Source of the DNA: an uncultured bacterium
GTDB lineage: Bacteria > Patescibacteriota > Minisyncoccia > UBA6257 > 2-01-FULL-56-20
Direction: 5' to 3'
NCBI GenBank assembly: GCA_963768625.1
Contig: CAVYIK010000003.1
Span: forward strand, 326,715 to 390,714
DNA length: 64,000 bases
The notes beneath the pieces were generated by a model. The model was not told the DNA's origin, did no database searches, and saw only the letters and a program-made list of their open reading frames with translations. Below, in pieces: positions 41,937 through 51,678 of this stretch. Within the stretch, counting starts at the first letter, position 1. Every line of letters begins with the position of its first letter. The position numbers and the translations under genes were made by a program.

Positions 41937-42560
41937 TTACTTAATTTTTTCAAGAGAATCGCCTGTGTTTGCCTGTATCTGCGTGTTTTGTTCTGCTTCT
42001 TTTTTTTCGCGCAAAAACTGATTCACCGCAATAATTCTCTTTTTTGCAATTGGACCATATTCGTCATAAATGTTCCTCGCATCAGGTTCAAACATTTCTT
42101 TCCCATTTATTGAACCTTTATAGCTTTCTTTTTCCCTTGTTTTACCATCGCCTCCCACATGAAGCTCGTTCAATCCTAAAAAATATTCATTTTGCACATT
42201 GACGTCCTGTCCCTTGATTTCTCCCTTTATAATATCGGTGCGCCAAGGATAAATGCCTGCGCGGATTGACCTAACCGTCTGATTAAAAACTAAATCAGAA
42301 TTTAACATTCTATCAAGATATTTTTGCTCTTCGCTATCGGCCCCTTTCCCCTCTGCAGCTTTTCTGGCTTCAGACTCAAGCTCAGCATCTATCCTTATGA
42401 CGTCTTCTTTGGCAATCCCTCTTCCTTGAAGTTCGGAAAAGTCCGCAGTTTCAAAGAATTTCGAAAGTCTCTTCCCTAAGGAAGGGTTCGCGATCTCCTC
42501 GGCCCTTTTGTCATAGTTTTCCCTCGATGATTCAATTTGCTCCTGGGGCATTCTTCCCAT
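41937..42560 (-). CDS. hypothetical protein, AT-rich gene
   Basis: ORF 41937..42704 trimmed to Met at 42560 because the upstream part overlaps tRNA-Leu. No family recognised. Clearly lower GC than the flanks. Confidence 0.4.
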   Translation of the reverse strand: MGRMPQEQIESSRENYDKRAEEIANPSLGKRLSKFFETADFSELQGRGIAKEDVIRIDAELESEARKAAEGKGADSEEQKYLDRMLNSDLVFNQTVRSIRAGIYPWRTDIIKGEIKGQDVNVQNEYFLGLNELHVGGDGKTREKESYKGSINGKEMFEPDARNIYDEYGPIAKKRIIAVNQFLREKKEAEQNTQIQANTGDSLEKIK

Positions 42561-42637
42561 GAATAACGATGATAGGTTTTTTATCGTCGACTTTGTGATT
42601 ACACGATACCACAGATTCGAACCCGTAACCAGGTGTG

Positions 42638-42718
42638 TGCTGGGGGTGGGACTTGAACCCACAAGCCTTGCGGCGCTGGCTCCTAAAGCCAGTGCGTTTG
42701 CCATTTCGCCACCCCAGC
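42638..42718 (-). tRNA. tRNA-Leu (anticodon UAG)
   Basis: Acceptor gctgggg/ccccagc, anticodon stem ctggc/gccag, loop ttTAGga, long variable arm, T arm gtggg-ttcaagt-cccac. Confidence 0.85.
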
Positions 42719-42871
42719 AAGCTTTATGACCACCATTATCTTACGGCAACGGGACTGATTTGACAAATCATATATTATATGTTACGCTAACCCCAGGTAT
42801 TTCACACTCAACATAACGTAACGTAAATCGAACGTAGGACGAGATTATGAAAGGGAAGGAGAAAGGAACCC

Positions 42872-43519
42872 ATGGGGAAATTCTGGGATTGGATCAAGGA
42901 GCCGCTGAGCGATGCGGGCATCTTCGCCGCCGTACAGCTGCTCATGAAAGAGGGCCTCAGGAAAGTCGCGGAGCACGGGGCCGAGCATACTGCCCGGCAC
43001 GTGAAGAACACGGTTTTCTTTGAGGACCTGCGCGGAGAACTTCTCGCGCAGATAGCCATGATGCAAGCAGCAAATGTCGACATCGGGAATATGCTTCGAC
43101 GTCACCAGGAAGCCAAAGACAAGGGGGAGGAGGCGCGTTTCATCAAGCTCATCTCCAAGATTCCCCGAAAACAATGGTGGGTGACACTGAAGTTCCTCAA
43201 CCAACAACAAGACGACAAGACCTTCAACCAGTTGATGTATTGGCTGGAAGACGATCGTGCCGGTCAGCACGCTCACCAACTTACCAAATGGGCACGCCAG
43301 TATTTCGAAAAAGGGTCGATCTTCACTGAAAAGGCCCTTTTCGCAAGTATCACCTCCATCAACAAGGCGTCCGACCAGATCACCGGGTCTCTTAGCAAAT
43401 CAGCCGCTTTGTTCGAGAAACGGGAACGGGCAAGGCAACGGGCCAAGAAGAAGCAAGGGGTCCCGATCTTACAATGGTTATGGCAACGGCTATGGCCGCG
43501 GCCACAAGGAGGTTCGTGA
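42872..43519 (+). CDS. hypothetical soluble protein
   Basis: 215-aa ORF preceded by RBS-like gaaggagaaagg. No family recognised. Confidence 0.45.
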   Translation: MGKFWDWIKEPLSDAGIFAAVQLLMKEGLRKVAEHGAEHTARHVKNTVFFEDLRGELLAQIAMMQAANVDIGNMLRRHQEAKDKGEEARFIKLISKIPRKQWWVTLKFLNQQQDDKTFNQLMYWLEDDRAGQHAHQLTKWARQYFEKGSIFTEKALFASITSINKASDQITGSLSKSAALFEKRERARQRAKKKQGVPILQWLWQRLWPRPQGGS

Positions 43520-44670
43520 TGTATCATCAGAATCCGCATGATGAATGGCTCAGAAAGACCTGGGAGTGGATAGCCCAAAAAGGCGGCGCATTCACCATCC
43601 TCCTCGCGGCAGGCCTTTTGTACTTCAAGCCTGAACTCCGGACGCAAGTAGCCCGGAACGTAAGGGGGATCTTCTATGAGGTCCGCCAGTTGTTGGAAAT
43701 CGGGGACCGGTGGGCAAGGAGAACACTGAGGATAGTCCTCTTCTCTCCTTTCCTCTTCCTGGTGATGGCGCTCTTTCTTTCGAGGGAGCACTCGCTGGAG
43801 TGGATCCCGTTCGTCGCCATCATCTCTTTGATCGCGGTGCTCCACCTCTATACCCGACGACCGTCGTTCACGGGGGCAGTGATGCTCGCGCCGCTTGGGC
43901 GCCAGGTCATTACCTGGCTCCTAGGCCTCGTAGGCGTGAGCTTCGTCGTAAGCATGCTGATTGCCGCCGTCCCATTGGCGAACGATCGGCATCTTATCCC
44001 CGTCTTCTTCCTCTGCTTATTCGCTTTGATTCTCCCAATAGGCAATTTTATCGGGAGAACGGCGGGTAGCGTAGTGAAGATGTGCCTCGCAATCTTCCTT
44101 GTGACCCTCATTGTCATTTTTGCTTTGGGGGGCCGCACGGAAGCGCGGGCAAAATGCACGAGCGCCTGGCCATCGATCAAGGCGAGTATCGTACAATGGC
44201 ATGAAAAGCGGGAGAAAGCGAAAGAAGCTTCCGCTCAACCTGCTTCACCGAATCCCACAAAGCCAGAGCCCGGGCCTCCGCCTCCGAACCCCTATCCGAA
44301 CTACAATCCCGATCCGAACGCGGTATCAAAGGACGTAGTCGACGCGGACGAACGGGGGACGAACAACCACGAGAACGACAACGGGAGCAAGCGCTTCTCT
44401 GTTGTACTCGTCGGCGACGGAGAGTTCGGAAAGGAAGGCCACGTCCGTCCTCCCCATTCTTGTCACTTCTGGAGGAAGGATTGGGAAAGCGATGAACCGA
44501 ACCGCCACGTGGGCTTCCGACAGGAGCTTGCGAACGGTACTGTCCGTTCTGTAGGACCCTTCGGCCCAAATGACCTGCCCGGCCCCAATGATCCCCGCTT
44601 CAACGGATGGATCCTTAGGGAGTGGATGGTCCAAGGTGAAGGGACATTAGTGTACACCTGCATTTCGTAG
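43519..44670 (+). CDS. hypothetical polytopic membrane protein with Pro-rich linker and C-terminal globular domain
   Basis: ATG 43519 overlaps the upstream TGA (TGATG) and is preceded by aaggagg. The ORF-track start at 43474 was rejected. Confidence 0.5.
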   Translation: MYHQNPHDEWLRKTWEWIAQKGGAFTILLAAGLLYFKPELRTQVARNVRGIFYEVRQLLEIGDRWARRTLRIVLFSPFLFLVMALFLSREHSLEWIPFVAIISLIAVLHLYTRRPSFTGAVMLAPLGRQVITWLLGLVGVSFVVSMLIAAVPLANDRHLIPVFFLCLFALILPIGNFIGRTAGSVVKMCLAIFLVTLIVIFALGGRTEARAKCTSAWPSIKASIVQWHEKREKAKEASAQPASPNPTKPEPGPPPPNPYPNYNPDPNAVSKDVVDADERGTNNHENDNGSKRFSVVLVGDGEFGKEGHVRPPHSCHFWRKDWESDEPNRHVGFRQELANGTVRSVGPFGPNDLPGPNDPRFNGWILREWMVQGEGTLVYTCIS

Positions 44671-44692
44671 CTGCACGACAGCTACCAACCAT

Positions 44693-44731
44693 CCCCGCTG
44701 GGCTTTTTACGCCAGCGGGGATTTTTCTTTT
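44693..44731 (+). terminator. rho-independent terminator
   Basis: ccccgctgg / ccagcgggg stem followed by atttttctttt. Confidence 0.7.
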
Positions 44732-44768
44732 ATATATAAAACCAGAAAGGCCCTTGCGGGCCTTTCTG
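44732..44768 (-). terminator. hairpin terminator for the pilin-like array
   Basis: cagaaaggccc-ttgc-gggcctttctg, an 11-bp stem. On the minus strand it is followed by ggttttatatat. Confidence 0.55.
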
Positions 44769-44791
44769 AAACTTCGCAATAGAGAAACGGG

Positions 44792-45169
44792 CTAGCAACC
44801 GACGGTAACGTTCCCGCCGAGGAAGCTCGCCGCAATGAGCGGAATGCCACGCGCAACGAGCGCGATGACAACTGCGATCGCCGCGTAGAGCAACGTCGCG
44901 CCCGCCTTCTTCACCTTCTCCGGGTCGCCTGCGGCGGTCAGATACCTGAACGCAGCAATAAGGACGAAAACGACCGCAGCGATGATGAGAAGATAGAATA
45001 TCCAGTCAACCACCGCACAGATCACCGCGGTAACGTCACCCGTCGACTGTATCGCCGAGTTCGGCGCTGCACCGGTCGGGGGCTCCGCAACCGCAAAAGC
45101 GAAGAGGGGCAACGCAAGCGCAATGACCGGCGCACCCAGCTCCTTCGCGAATTCCTTTATTTTTCTCAT
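44792..45169 (-). CDS. TrbC/VirB2-like (T4SS-pilin-like) small membrane protein, paralog A
   Basis: Signal peptide, two TM helices and a loop motif FRYLTAAGDPEKVKKAGATLLYAAIAVVIAL. Cys near the C-terminus. Confidence 0.6.
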   Translation of the reverse strand: MRKIKEFAKELGAPVIALALPLFAFAVAEPPTGAAPNSAIQSTGDVTAVICAVVDWIFYLLIIAAVVFVLIAAFRYLTAAGDPEKVKKAGATLLYAAIAVVIALVARGIPLIAASFLGGNVTVGC

Positions 45170-45234
45170 AGATTTTGTAAGGCTTTCGACCTTTCAATAA
45201 TTGCTAGTTCAGTATACCTTTTGCAATGGAATGG

Positions 45235-45672
45235 TTAAAGGCAGACGTCTATATTACCGCCTCCACTCAAGAAGTCGCTTACTACGGCGGGGACGCCTGC
45301 GGCAACGAGCGCCACAACGACCGCAATCGCCGCATAGAGGAGGGTCTTATTGGCGCTCTGGACGCGTTCGGGCTCGCCCTGCGCCGTCGCATATTTATAG
45401 CCTCCGACGAAGAACATGATTATCGAAAAGATAATGAGCCCCCAGAAGATCCAAACAACAACCCCGCAAACGATTGCCGTGATACTTCCCGACGTGGAAA
45501 TGGCGGCTGGTATGTCACCATAGTCCAGATTGTTCGGCATAGGGAACGCGAACGCCCTTGAGGTCAAGGCGAACGAGCCCGCTAGGGAGCCGGTTATTAT
45601 GACCGCAAAGAGAGATGCTCGCTGCGCCCACGGAGCCAACCCCCACAATATTGTTTTTAAGGCTTTTTTCAT
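45235..45672 (-). CDS. TrbC/VirB2-like small membrane protein, paralog B
   Basis: YKYATAQGEPERVQSANKTLLYAAIAVVVAL. Start moved to MKKALK (45672) to avoid overlapping paralog C. Confidence 0.6.
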   Translation of the reverse strand: MKKALKTILWGLAPWAQRASLFAVIITGSLAGSFALTSRAFAFPMPNNLDYGDIPAAISTSGSITAIVCGVVVWIFWGLIIFSIIMFFVGGYKYATAQGEPERVQSANKTLLYAAIAVVVALVAAGVPAVVSDFLSGGGNIDVCL

Positions 45673-45691
45673 ATTATTCACTATACCATAT

Positions 45692-46081
45692 TCAAGGACA
45701 GACGTTATTAACCCCATTTGTTGCCCCCAAGAAGCTCCCGATGAGGAGCGGCACTCCTTTCGCGACAAGCGCTATGACGATCGCGATCGCGGCGTAGAGG
45801 AGCGTCTTGTTCGCCCCGCTTACCCTTTCCGCGTCGCCCCCTGAGGTCGCATATTTGTAGCCGCCGACGAAGAACATCGCAATGCCGAGGACAACGAGCC
45901 CCCAGAACATCCAAACCAATATGCCGCAGAAGATAGCGACAACAGCGGACGGGCTCGAGAGGAGATTCGTGGGCGCGGGAGTGATGCCCGAGTCCCCGAG
46001 CGCCAATGATGCCACAGAAAGGATCGCGGCCGCACTTATCGCGGGACCAAGTTTATAAAAATAACTCTGGATATGTTTCAT
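45692..46081 (-). CDS. TrbC/VirB2-like small membrane protein, paralog C
   Basis: YKYATSGGDAERVSGANKTLLYAAIAIVIAL. Confidence 0.6.
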   Translation of the reverse strand: MKHIQSYFYKLGPAISAAAILSVASLALGDSGITPAPTNLLSSPSAVVAIFCGILVWMFWGLVVLGIAMFFVGGYKYATSGGDAERVSGANKTLLYAAIAIVIALVAKGVPLLIGSFLGATNGVNNVCP

Positions 46082-46083
46082 CT

Positions 46084-46383
46084 TTATGAACCCTTGAACA
46101 AGCTTTGGATGAGAGCGGCGACGCTGCCGGAGAGGAGGATAACCACGAAGCCAATCACCGCGTAGAGCAGAGTTTTTTTTCCCGTGGAGAACTTTTCGGG
46201 ATCCCCTGCCGCCGTCATCATCTGGAACCCTCCCACGAGAATAATAATACCGCAGAGCGGAATTGCAATAGTGAAGAGAAAGTTAATGACCGCGGTCGCG
46301 GGACAGCTGAGATTGTTGCAGTTCCCGAGAGGATTCGGGAAGGACACGTCGGCGAATGCGGTCTTGGCGAGGATCCAGGACAT
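46084..46383 (-). CDS. TrbC/VirB2-like small membrane protein, paralog D
   Basis: FQMMTAAGDPEKFSTGKKTLLYAVIGFVVIL. Confidence 0.55.
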   Translation of the reverse strand: MSWILAKTAFADVSFPNPLGNCNNLSCPATAVINFLFTIAIPLCGIIILVGGFQMMTAAGDPEKFSTGKKTLLYAVIGFVVILLSGSVAALIQSLFKGS

Positions 46384-46402
46384 GTCTTTATTCTATCACA
46401 AA

Positions 46403-46858
46403 TCAGAACGTACAGATCGGGGTGGTGCCCCCCGAGCCGCTCGAAAAGCTTCCGATGAAGTTGACGCCGAGAACTCTCACGAAGGTGAGGACGATGAGAT
46501 AAGCGCATAGCACGATAAGCAGCCCTACGACGGTCCCCCATATCATCTTTTTCGCGCTTTCGAGCTGGCCGGGGTTGCCTCGGGAAAGCATTATCCGTAT
46601 CCCTCCTAGCGCGACCATGATGGGTGTGATGATCCAGATGACGACGCCGATGAAGAAATAAATGACGTTCGCTACGGTGCAGACGAGGTCGCAAAGGCTC
46701 TTGCATACGGTCCCGCTGCCGTTCACGTTGCCGGTGCAGGTGACGAGCGGCCCTGCCAAAATGTTCGGATTCCACACATTGGCATTCGCGCTGCACGCCG
46801 CGAGCGCCATGGTCGGGACGACGAGCAATATCAAAAATGTTATAAGCCCGGTCTTCAT
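46403..46858 (-). CDS. TrbC/VirB2-like small membrane protein, paralog E (Cys-rich N-terminal extension)
   Basis: IRIMLSRGNPGQLESAKKMIWGTVVGLLIVL, with seven Cys in the mature N-terminal part. Confidence 0.5.
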   Translation of the reverse strand: MKTGLITFLILLVVPTMALAACSANANVWNPNILAGPLVTCTGNVNGSGTVCKSLCDLVCTVANVIYFFIGVVIWIITPIMVALGGIRIMLSRGNPGQLESAKKMIWGTVVGLLIVLCAYLIVLTFVRVLGVNFIGSFSSGSGGTTPICTF

Positions 46859-46865
46859 TATTGTG

Positions 46866-48164
46866 TTAGTGCATCAGTTGGGTCACCGCCGCTTCCGCCT
46901 GCTTGAGCGCACTCGCGGGGGTTGAGGCGCCGCTCTCCGCGTTCCCGATGGCCGCATTCAGGATGCCATCTATCTTTGCGTCATCCGCTTCGTACCAGGA
47001 TTTCGCGGTGAGGGCCTGTGTGGCGAAAACCGAGAACGCGGGATCATTTTCATATTCCTGAATGACCGTCCGCAGAGCGGGCGGCTTACCCGTTTCGCTT
47101 ACATACATCTTCGCGCTTGCCTCGGTCGTCGTCAAATAAAGGATGGCGTTCCATGCTGCCGCAACCTGCCCTGCTTTTGCCGCAACAAAGCCTTCATAGC
47201 TCGGATAGTTGATCGTGACGGTCGCTCCCGTGGGCTGCGGCATGGGCGCGATGCCAATGCTTAAAAAGGGCGCCTTGGCTTTGATGGTCGCGAGGTCTGA
47301 CTGATAGGCGAAAACGATCGCCGTTTTCCCGGCAACAAAACTATCGAACGCGTTGCCCATTGTATCGCTCCAAGTGTAATAGGGCGATGCAGCGGACGCG
47401 AACTGCAGATAGAAATTGAATGCGATGAGGCCCGTCCCACCCCCTGAGGTGCCGCCGGAGGCAAATGCCGCCGTGGAAAGGCCCGCGTCGGTCATCGTTG
47501 TCCCGTTCTGGAGCATTAAAAGCGCCAAGAGGTCCGCCGCGTGCGGGACACTCGCCTCCAATCCCCCGATCGCCGCCGCCGACTGAATGATCTGGCCCTG
47601 AGCGTTCAGCAAGCGCAGCTTCACAATATCCGCATCAAAATCGTCCCAGGTCTTCGGCGGGAACGCGATGCCCGCCGAATTGAAAAGGTCTTTATTGTAG
47701 GCCATGACCAACGTGTCGATGGAAAGTGGCAATCCGTATATTTGCCCGCCCGAAACGAAATCCTGCCCTACGACATCAGGGAAGGTCTGTGAGAGCTGGA
47801 GCGGGCCGAACTGCGCCGCGAGCGTCGCAGGCATCGGCGCGAGCACCGACTTCCACTGCGGCAAGGCCCGGTTCCCTATCTCAAACACATCCGGCCCCGT
47901 GCCTGCCGCAAGTGCAGAGAGCAAGGACTGCTGATAGTTTGATGGGTCGATCTGAGTATAGGTTATCTTCGCCCCCGCATAGGTGCCGAGGACATCATTG
48001 AATGTCACTGCGTCCTCGGTGCCCCATACTGTCAATTTCGCCTGCGTGGAAGTATTCGCCTTCGGGCGCATGCTCAAGAAAATCACTACAACAATGATAA
48101 CGACGAGAGCGACGCCCCCGCCGACTATGATGAGCTGTCTTTTTGAAAGTGAAATGTTCGGCAT
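46866..48164 (-). CDS. extracellular solute-binding protein (ABC sugar-type), TM anchored
   Basis: Intact 432 aa. N-terminal TM anchor and a family-1 SBP-like fold. No permease or ATPase gene adjacent. Confidence 0.7.
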   Translation of the reverse strand: MPNISLSKRQLIIVGGGVALVVIIVVVIFLSMRPKANTSTQAKLTVWGTEDAVTFNDVLGTYAGAKITYTQIDPSNYQQSLLSALAAGTGPDVFEIGNRALPQWKSVLAPMPATLAAQFGPLQLSQTFPDVVGQDFVSGGQIYGLPLSIDTLVMAYNKDLFNSAGIAFPPKTWDDFDADIVKLRLLNAQGQIIQSAAAIGGLEASVPHAADLLALLMLQNGTTMTDAGLSTAAFASGGTSGGGTGLIAFNFYLQFASAASPYYTWSDTMGNAFDSFVAGKTAIVFAYQSDLATIKAKAPFLSIGIAPMPQPTGATVTINYPSYEGFVAAKAGQVAAAWNAILYLTTTEASAKMYVSETGKPPALRTVIQEYENDPAFSVFATQALTAKSWYEADDAKIDGILNAAIGNAESGASTPASALKQAEAAVTQLMH

Positions 48165-48192
48165 GTTCTCATTGCGCGCCTGCCCTTTCCCG

Positions 48193-50617
48193 CTACATGA
48201 CGACTGTCCCTGCCAACCGATCCCCGCTCTTCAGGTTCATGATATGGACGCCTTGTGCTGAGCGGCCCGTCGTGCGCACGGTCTTAAGCTCCGTGCGGAT
48301 CATCTGGCCCTTCGCCGAAAGCGCGAAGATCTCTTTTTCTTCCATCACGACGTGCGCGGAAACCAAGGGCCCGGTCTTCGGCGTGATCTCCGCCGTCTTT
48401 ATCCCCGAGCCGCCACGGCCCTGCGTCTTGTATTCTTTGAGCGGCGTCTGCTTCGCAAAACCATTTTCCATGACGACGAGCAGCTTCGCCTCTCCTCCTT
48501 TGATTATATCAAAGCCCGCCACCTCGTCGTTCTGCTTTTTGAGCTTTATCGCACGCACGCCCGACGCGCCGCGCCCCATCGACCGCACCTGTTTTTCCTC
48601 AAACCGGATGGATTGCCCTTGCCGCGTGGCCAAGACCACCTGGTCCGCGCCGCCCGTGAGCTTCGCCCACTTGAGTTGGTCGCCCTTCTTCAGTTTGATC
48701 GCGATGATGCCCGTGCGTCGGATGTTCTCAAAGTCCTCAAGCGGCGTCTTCTTGATCACGCCTTGCTTCGTCGCCATCATCAAATATTTCTTCTTCTCGC
48801 CTTTCGCAGAATAGTTCACGATCGCACTCACGGTCTCATCCGCCGGCAGCTCCAAGGAAGTTCTGGATCGCCTTACCCTTGGATGTACGCGTCGCCTGCG
48901 GGATCTCGTATACCTTGGTCTGGAACACGCGCCCGCGGTTCGTGAAGAAGAGTACGTTGTCGTGCGTCTCCGCGCTGAAGAAATGCGAGAGGAAATCTTC
49001 GTCCGCGACCTCCGAACCGATGAGTCCTTTGCCGCCACGCTTCTGCATACGGAAGGTTTCCGGGGGCAGGCGTTTGATATAGCCGCCGCCCGAGACCGTG
49101 ACGATCGCGCCCTCGTTCGGGATAAGATCCTCGTCAGCGACCTCCGCAGGCGCGTGTGCCACGACCTGCGTCCGCCGTTCGTCGCCATATTTTTCCTTCA
49201 GTTCCTTTACTTCATCTTTAATAATTTTGAGCATCTTCGCCGGGCTCTTCAGGATGAGCGTGAGTTCTTCTATGAGCGTTTTCTTTTCCTTCAGTTCCGC
49301 TTCTATTTTTTCGTGTTCAAGCGCGGCAAGCGTCTGTAGCCGCATTTCCAAAATTGCGCTCGCTTGGACATCCGAGAATTTGAACGTCTTCACGAGATTT
49401 GCGTGCGCGTCCTCTTTGTCCTTGGATTTCTTGATCGTCGCGATCACGCGGTCGATCGCGTCAAGCGCTTTCGCGAGCCCTTCCAAAATGTGTGCGCGTT
49501 CCTCCGCCCGCTTCAAGTCGAACTGCGTGCGCCGCTTTATGATCTCCTTCCGGTGCACGAGATATTCAGCAAGGATGTCTTTGAGTGTGAGGAGGCGCGG
49601 CACGAGCCCTCCTTCCACAAGCGCGATCATATTGAGATTGAAATTGCGCTGCAGATCGGTGTGCTTGTAGAGCCAGTTCAAAACGCGCTGGGGCGCGACG
49701 TCGTTTTTGAGCTCTATCACGATGCGCATTCCCGTCCGGTCGGATTCGTCCCGCAGGTCCCGTATTCCCTCGATTTTCTTCTCCTGCGCGAGCTCGGCAA
49801 TGGTCCGCACGAGTTCCGCCTTGTTCACCTGGTAAGGGATCTCCGTAATCACGATGTCAAACTGCTTGCCGTCCTTTCTTTCGACAATTTCCGACTTCGC
49901 GCGCGTGATGATCGCTCCGCGGCCGCTCACATACGCTTCCTTGATCGCCTTCGCATCGTAGATGATGCCGCCGGTCGGGAAGTCCGGCCCTTTCACGAAT
50001 TGCAAAAGGTCCTCGCTCGTCGTGTCGGGATTGTCGGCAAGGTTAAGAATGGCATCAGTAAGTTCGCCTAGATTGTGCGTCGGGATACTCGTCGCCATGC
50101 CGACCGCGATGCCCTGCGAGCCGTTCAAGAGCAGGTTCGGCAGCTTCGCCGGCAGGACTTTCGGCTCCTCGCGCGTCGCGTCGTAGTTTGGCATCCAATC
50201 AACGGTCTCTTTTTCAATGTCCATCAGCAGCTCTTCCGAAACCGCCGACATCTTTGCTTCCGTGTACCGCATCGCCGCCGCCGAGTCGCCATCCACCGAA
50301 CCGAAGTTCCCCTGTCCATGCACCAGTGGGTACCGCAGCGAAAAGTTCTGCGCCATACGGACAAGCGTATCGTAGATCGCCGAGTCGCCGTGCGGATGGT
50401 ATTTCGCCATCACTTCGCCGACCACGTTCGCCGATTTCCTGAACCGCGAAAGGTGCGTGAGGCCCGTGTCCCACATCGCCCAAAGCACGCGCCGGTGCAC
50501 CGGCTTCATGCCGTCGCGCACATCGGGAAGCGCCCGCGCGACGATCGTCGAGATCGCGTAGTCAAGGTATGACTCGCCGAGCTCTTTTGTAATTTCTCTT
50601 TTTTCCAAATGGGCCAT
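48193..50617 (-). CDS. gyrA: DNA gyrase subunit A, single 1-nt frame break
   Basis: ORF 48836..50617 carries ISTIVARALPDVRDGMKPVHRRVLW and AAMRYTEAKM. The C-terminal beta-pinwheel continues in the frame of ORF 48193..49188 (LELPADETVSAIV...). The shift is inside aacttccttggag near 48848-48860. Confidence 0.9.
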
Positions 50618-50642
50618 GTTTGATAAAAATATTGTCTAGGTG

Positions 50643-50939
50643 TTACCGCTGCGGCTGGATAAGGTATTGCTGCGGCGACTGGAATATTCCCGTAAGGCCC
50701 CTCCATGCGTCCGCGAACCAGCCCGCGATGGACCCAAACCAGCTCCCTACGCCCTGCACGGCGCCGCCCGATACGCCTTGTGCCGGCTGGTTATTCTGCG
50801 CAGTGCCTCCCACAACTAAAGCGTTGAAATAGGCCAGCCAGAGGTAAATGATGATAATCATGACGGCGACCGTCGCGATCACGATAATCTTGTTCTTCGT
50901 CGGTTCGTCAAGCGATTGCAGTTCTTCCCAAAAACGCAT
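50643..50939 (-). CDS. small single-pass membrane protein
   Basis: 98-aa ORF with one TM helix (IIVIATVAVMIIIIYLWLAYF). Confidence 0.4.
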   Translation of the reverse strand: MRFWEELQSLDEPTKNKIIVIATVAVMIIIIYLWLAYFNALVVGGTAQNNQPAQGVSGGAVQGVGSWFGSIAGWFADAWRGLTGIFQSPQQYLIQPQR

Positions 50940-50940
50940 G

Positions 50941-51516
50941 TTAGCTTTCGCTCAAAACTACGGGCCGGCCTTTTTCATTCTCGATGTCCTTCTTCTTAAA
51001 AACGAATTTCTCTGTTTTTTCCGCCTTTTTCCCAAGCGCCTTCAAAAACTCATCCGGGTTTTTATAGAAGCTCGGCACAATGATCTTCGCCTCAAGCTGC
51101 TTCGCAAGCTTCGCAGCCACTTCCGGCTCAAGGAAATGCCCGCCACCCACCGGCAGGAAGAGAACATCGGGCTCTGAAAATTCCTCAATGAGCGCCGCAT
51201 CGATCGGTTTAGAAAGATGTCCCAGAAAAACGAATTTCATGTCTTCCCAATAGACCGCGTATGCCGTCTTCACGAATTTTTCCGTTGATTCGCCCGCGAC
51301 GGGAAATCCCAAGATCTCTATTCCCTTGATCTCGTATTCGCCGGGGAATGCGACCGCGGCCGCGTTTTCCCCCTCAGCCGCAAGCGGGTCTTCGGACGCC
51401 ACGATCGTCTTTAAAGTAACATCCGCCTTGAGGCGGTTGTTCTCCGGGTTCACGAGGATCGAGGTCTCCCCGCTCTGCAGCCGGAAGGCGCCGTTGCCGA
51501 AATGGGTAAGGACCAT
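50941..51516 (-). CDS. MBL-fold metal-dependent hydrolase-like protein (UPF0173-like)
   Basis: MVLTHFGNGAFRLQSG...VLFLPVGGGHFL pattern. Start taken at the internal Met. Confidence 0.55.
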   Translation of the reverse strand: MVLTHFGNGAFRLQSGETSILVNPENNRLKADVTLKTIVASEDPLAAEGENAAAVAFPGEYEIKGIEILGFPVAGESTEKFVKTAYAVYWEDMKFVFLGHLSKPIDAALIEEFSEPDVLFLPVGGGHFLEPEVAAKLAKQLEAKIIVPSFYKNPDEFLKALGKKAEKTEKFVFKKKDIENEKGRPVVLSES

Positions 51517-51678
51517 ATGGGATAATTTTATCAAAAAACGGACCAAATTGCAAACGAAAAATCGTTAAAAAATCATTGAAAAAACCTCGCGCGCGCGCCG
51601 CCTGAACCCTCCATATGGCATGCGGGTTGCGCGGCAAGACCTTGCCAAAAAACGCTCCCCCCTCTATAATCTCCCGTA

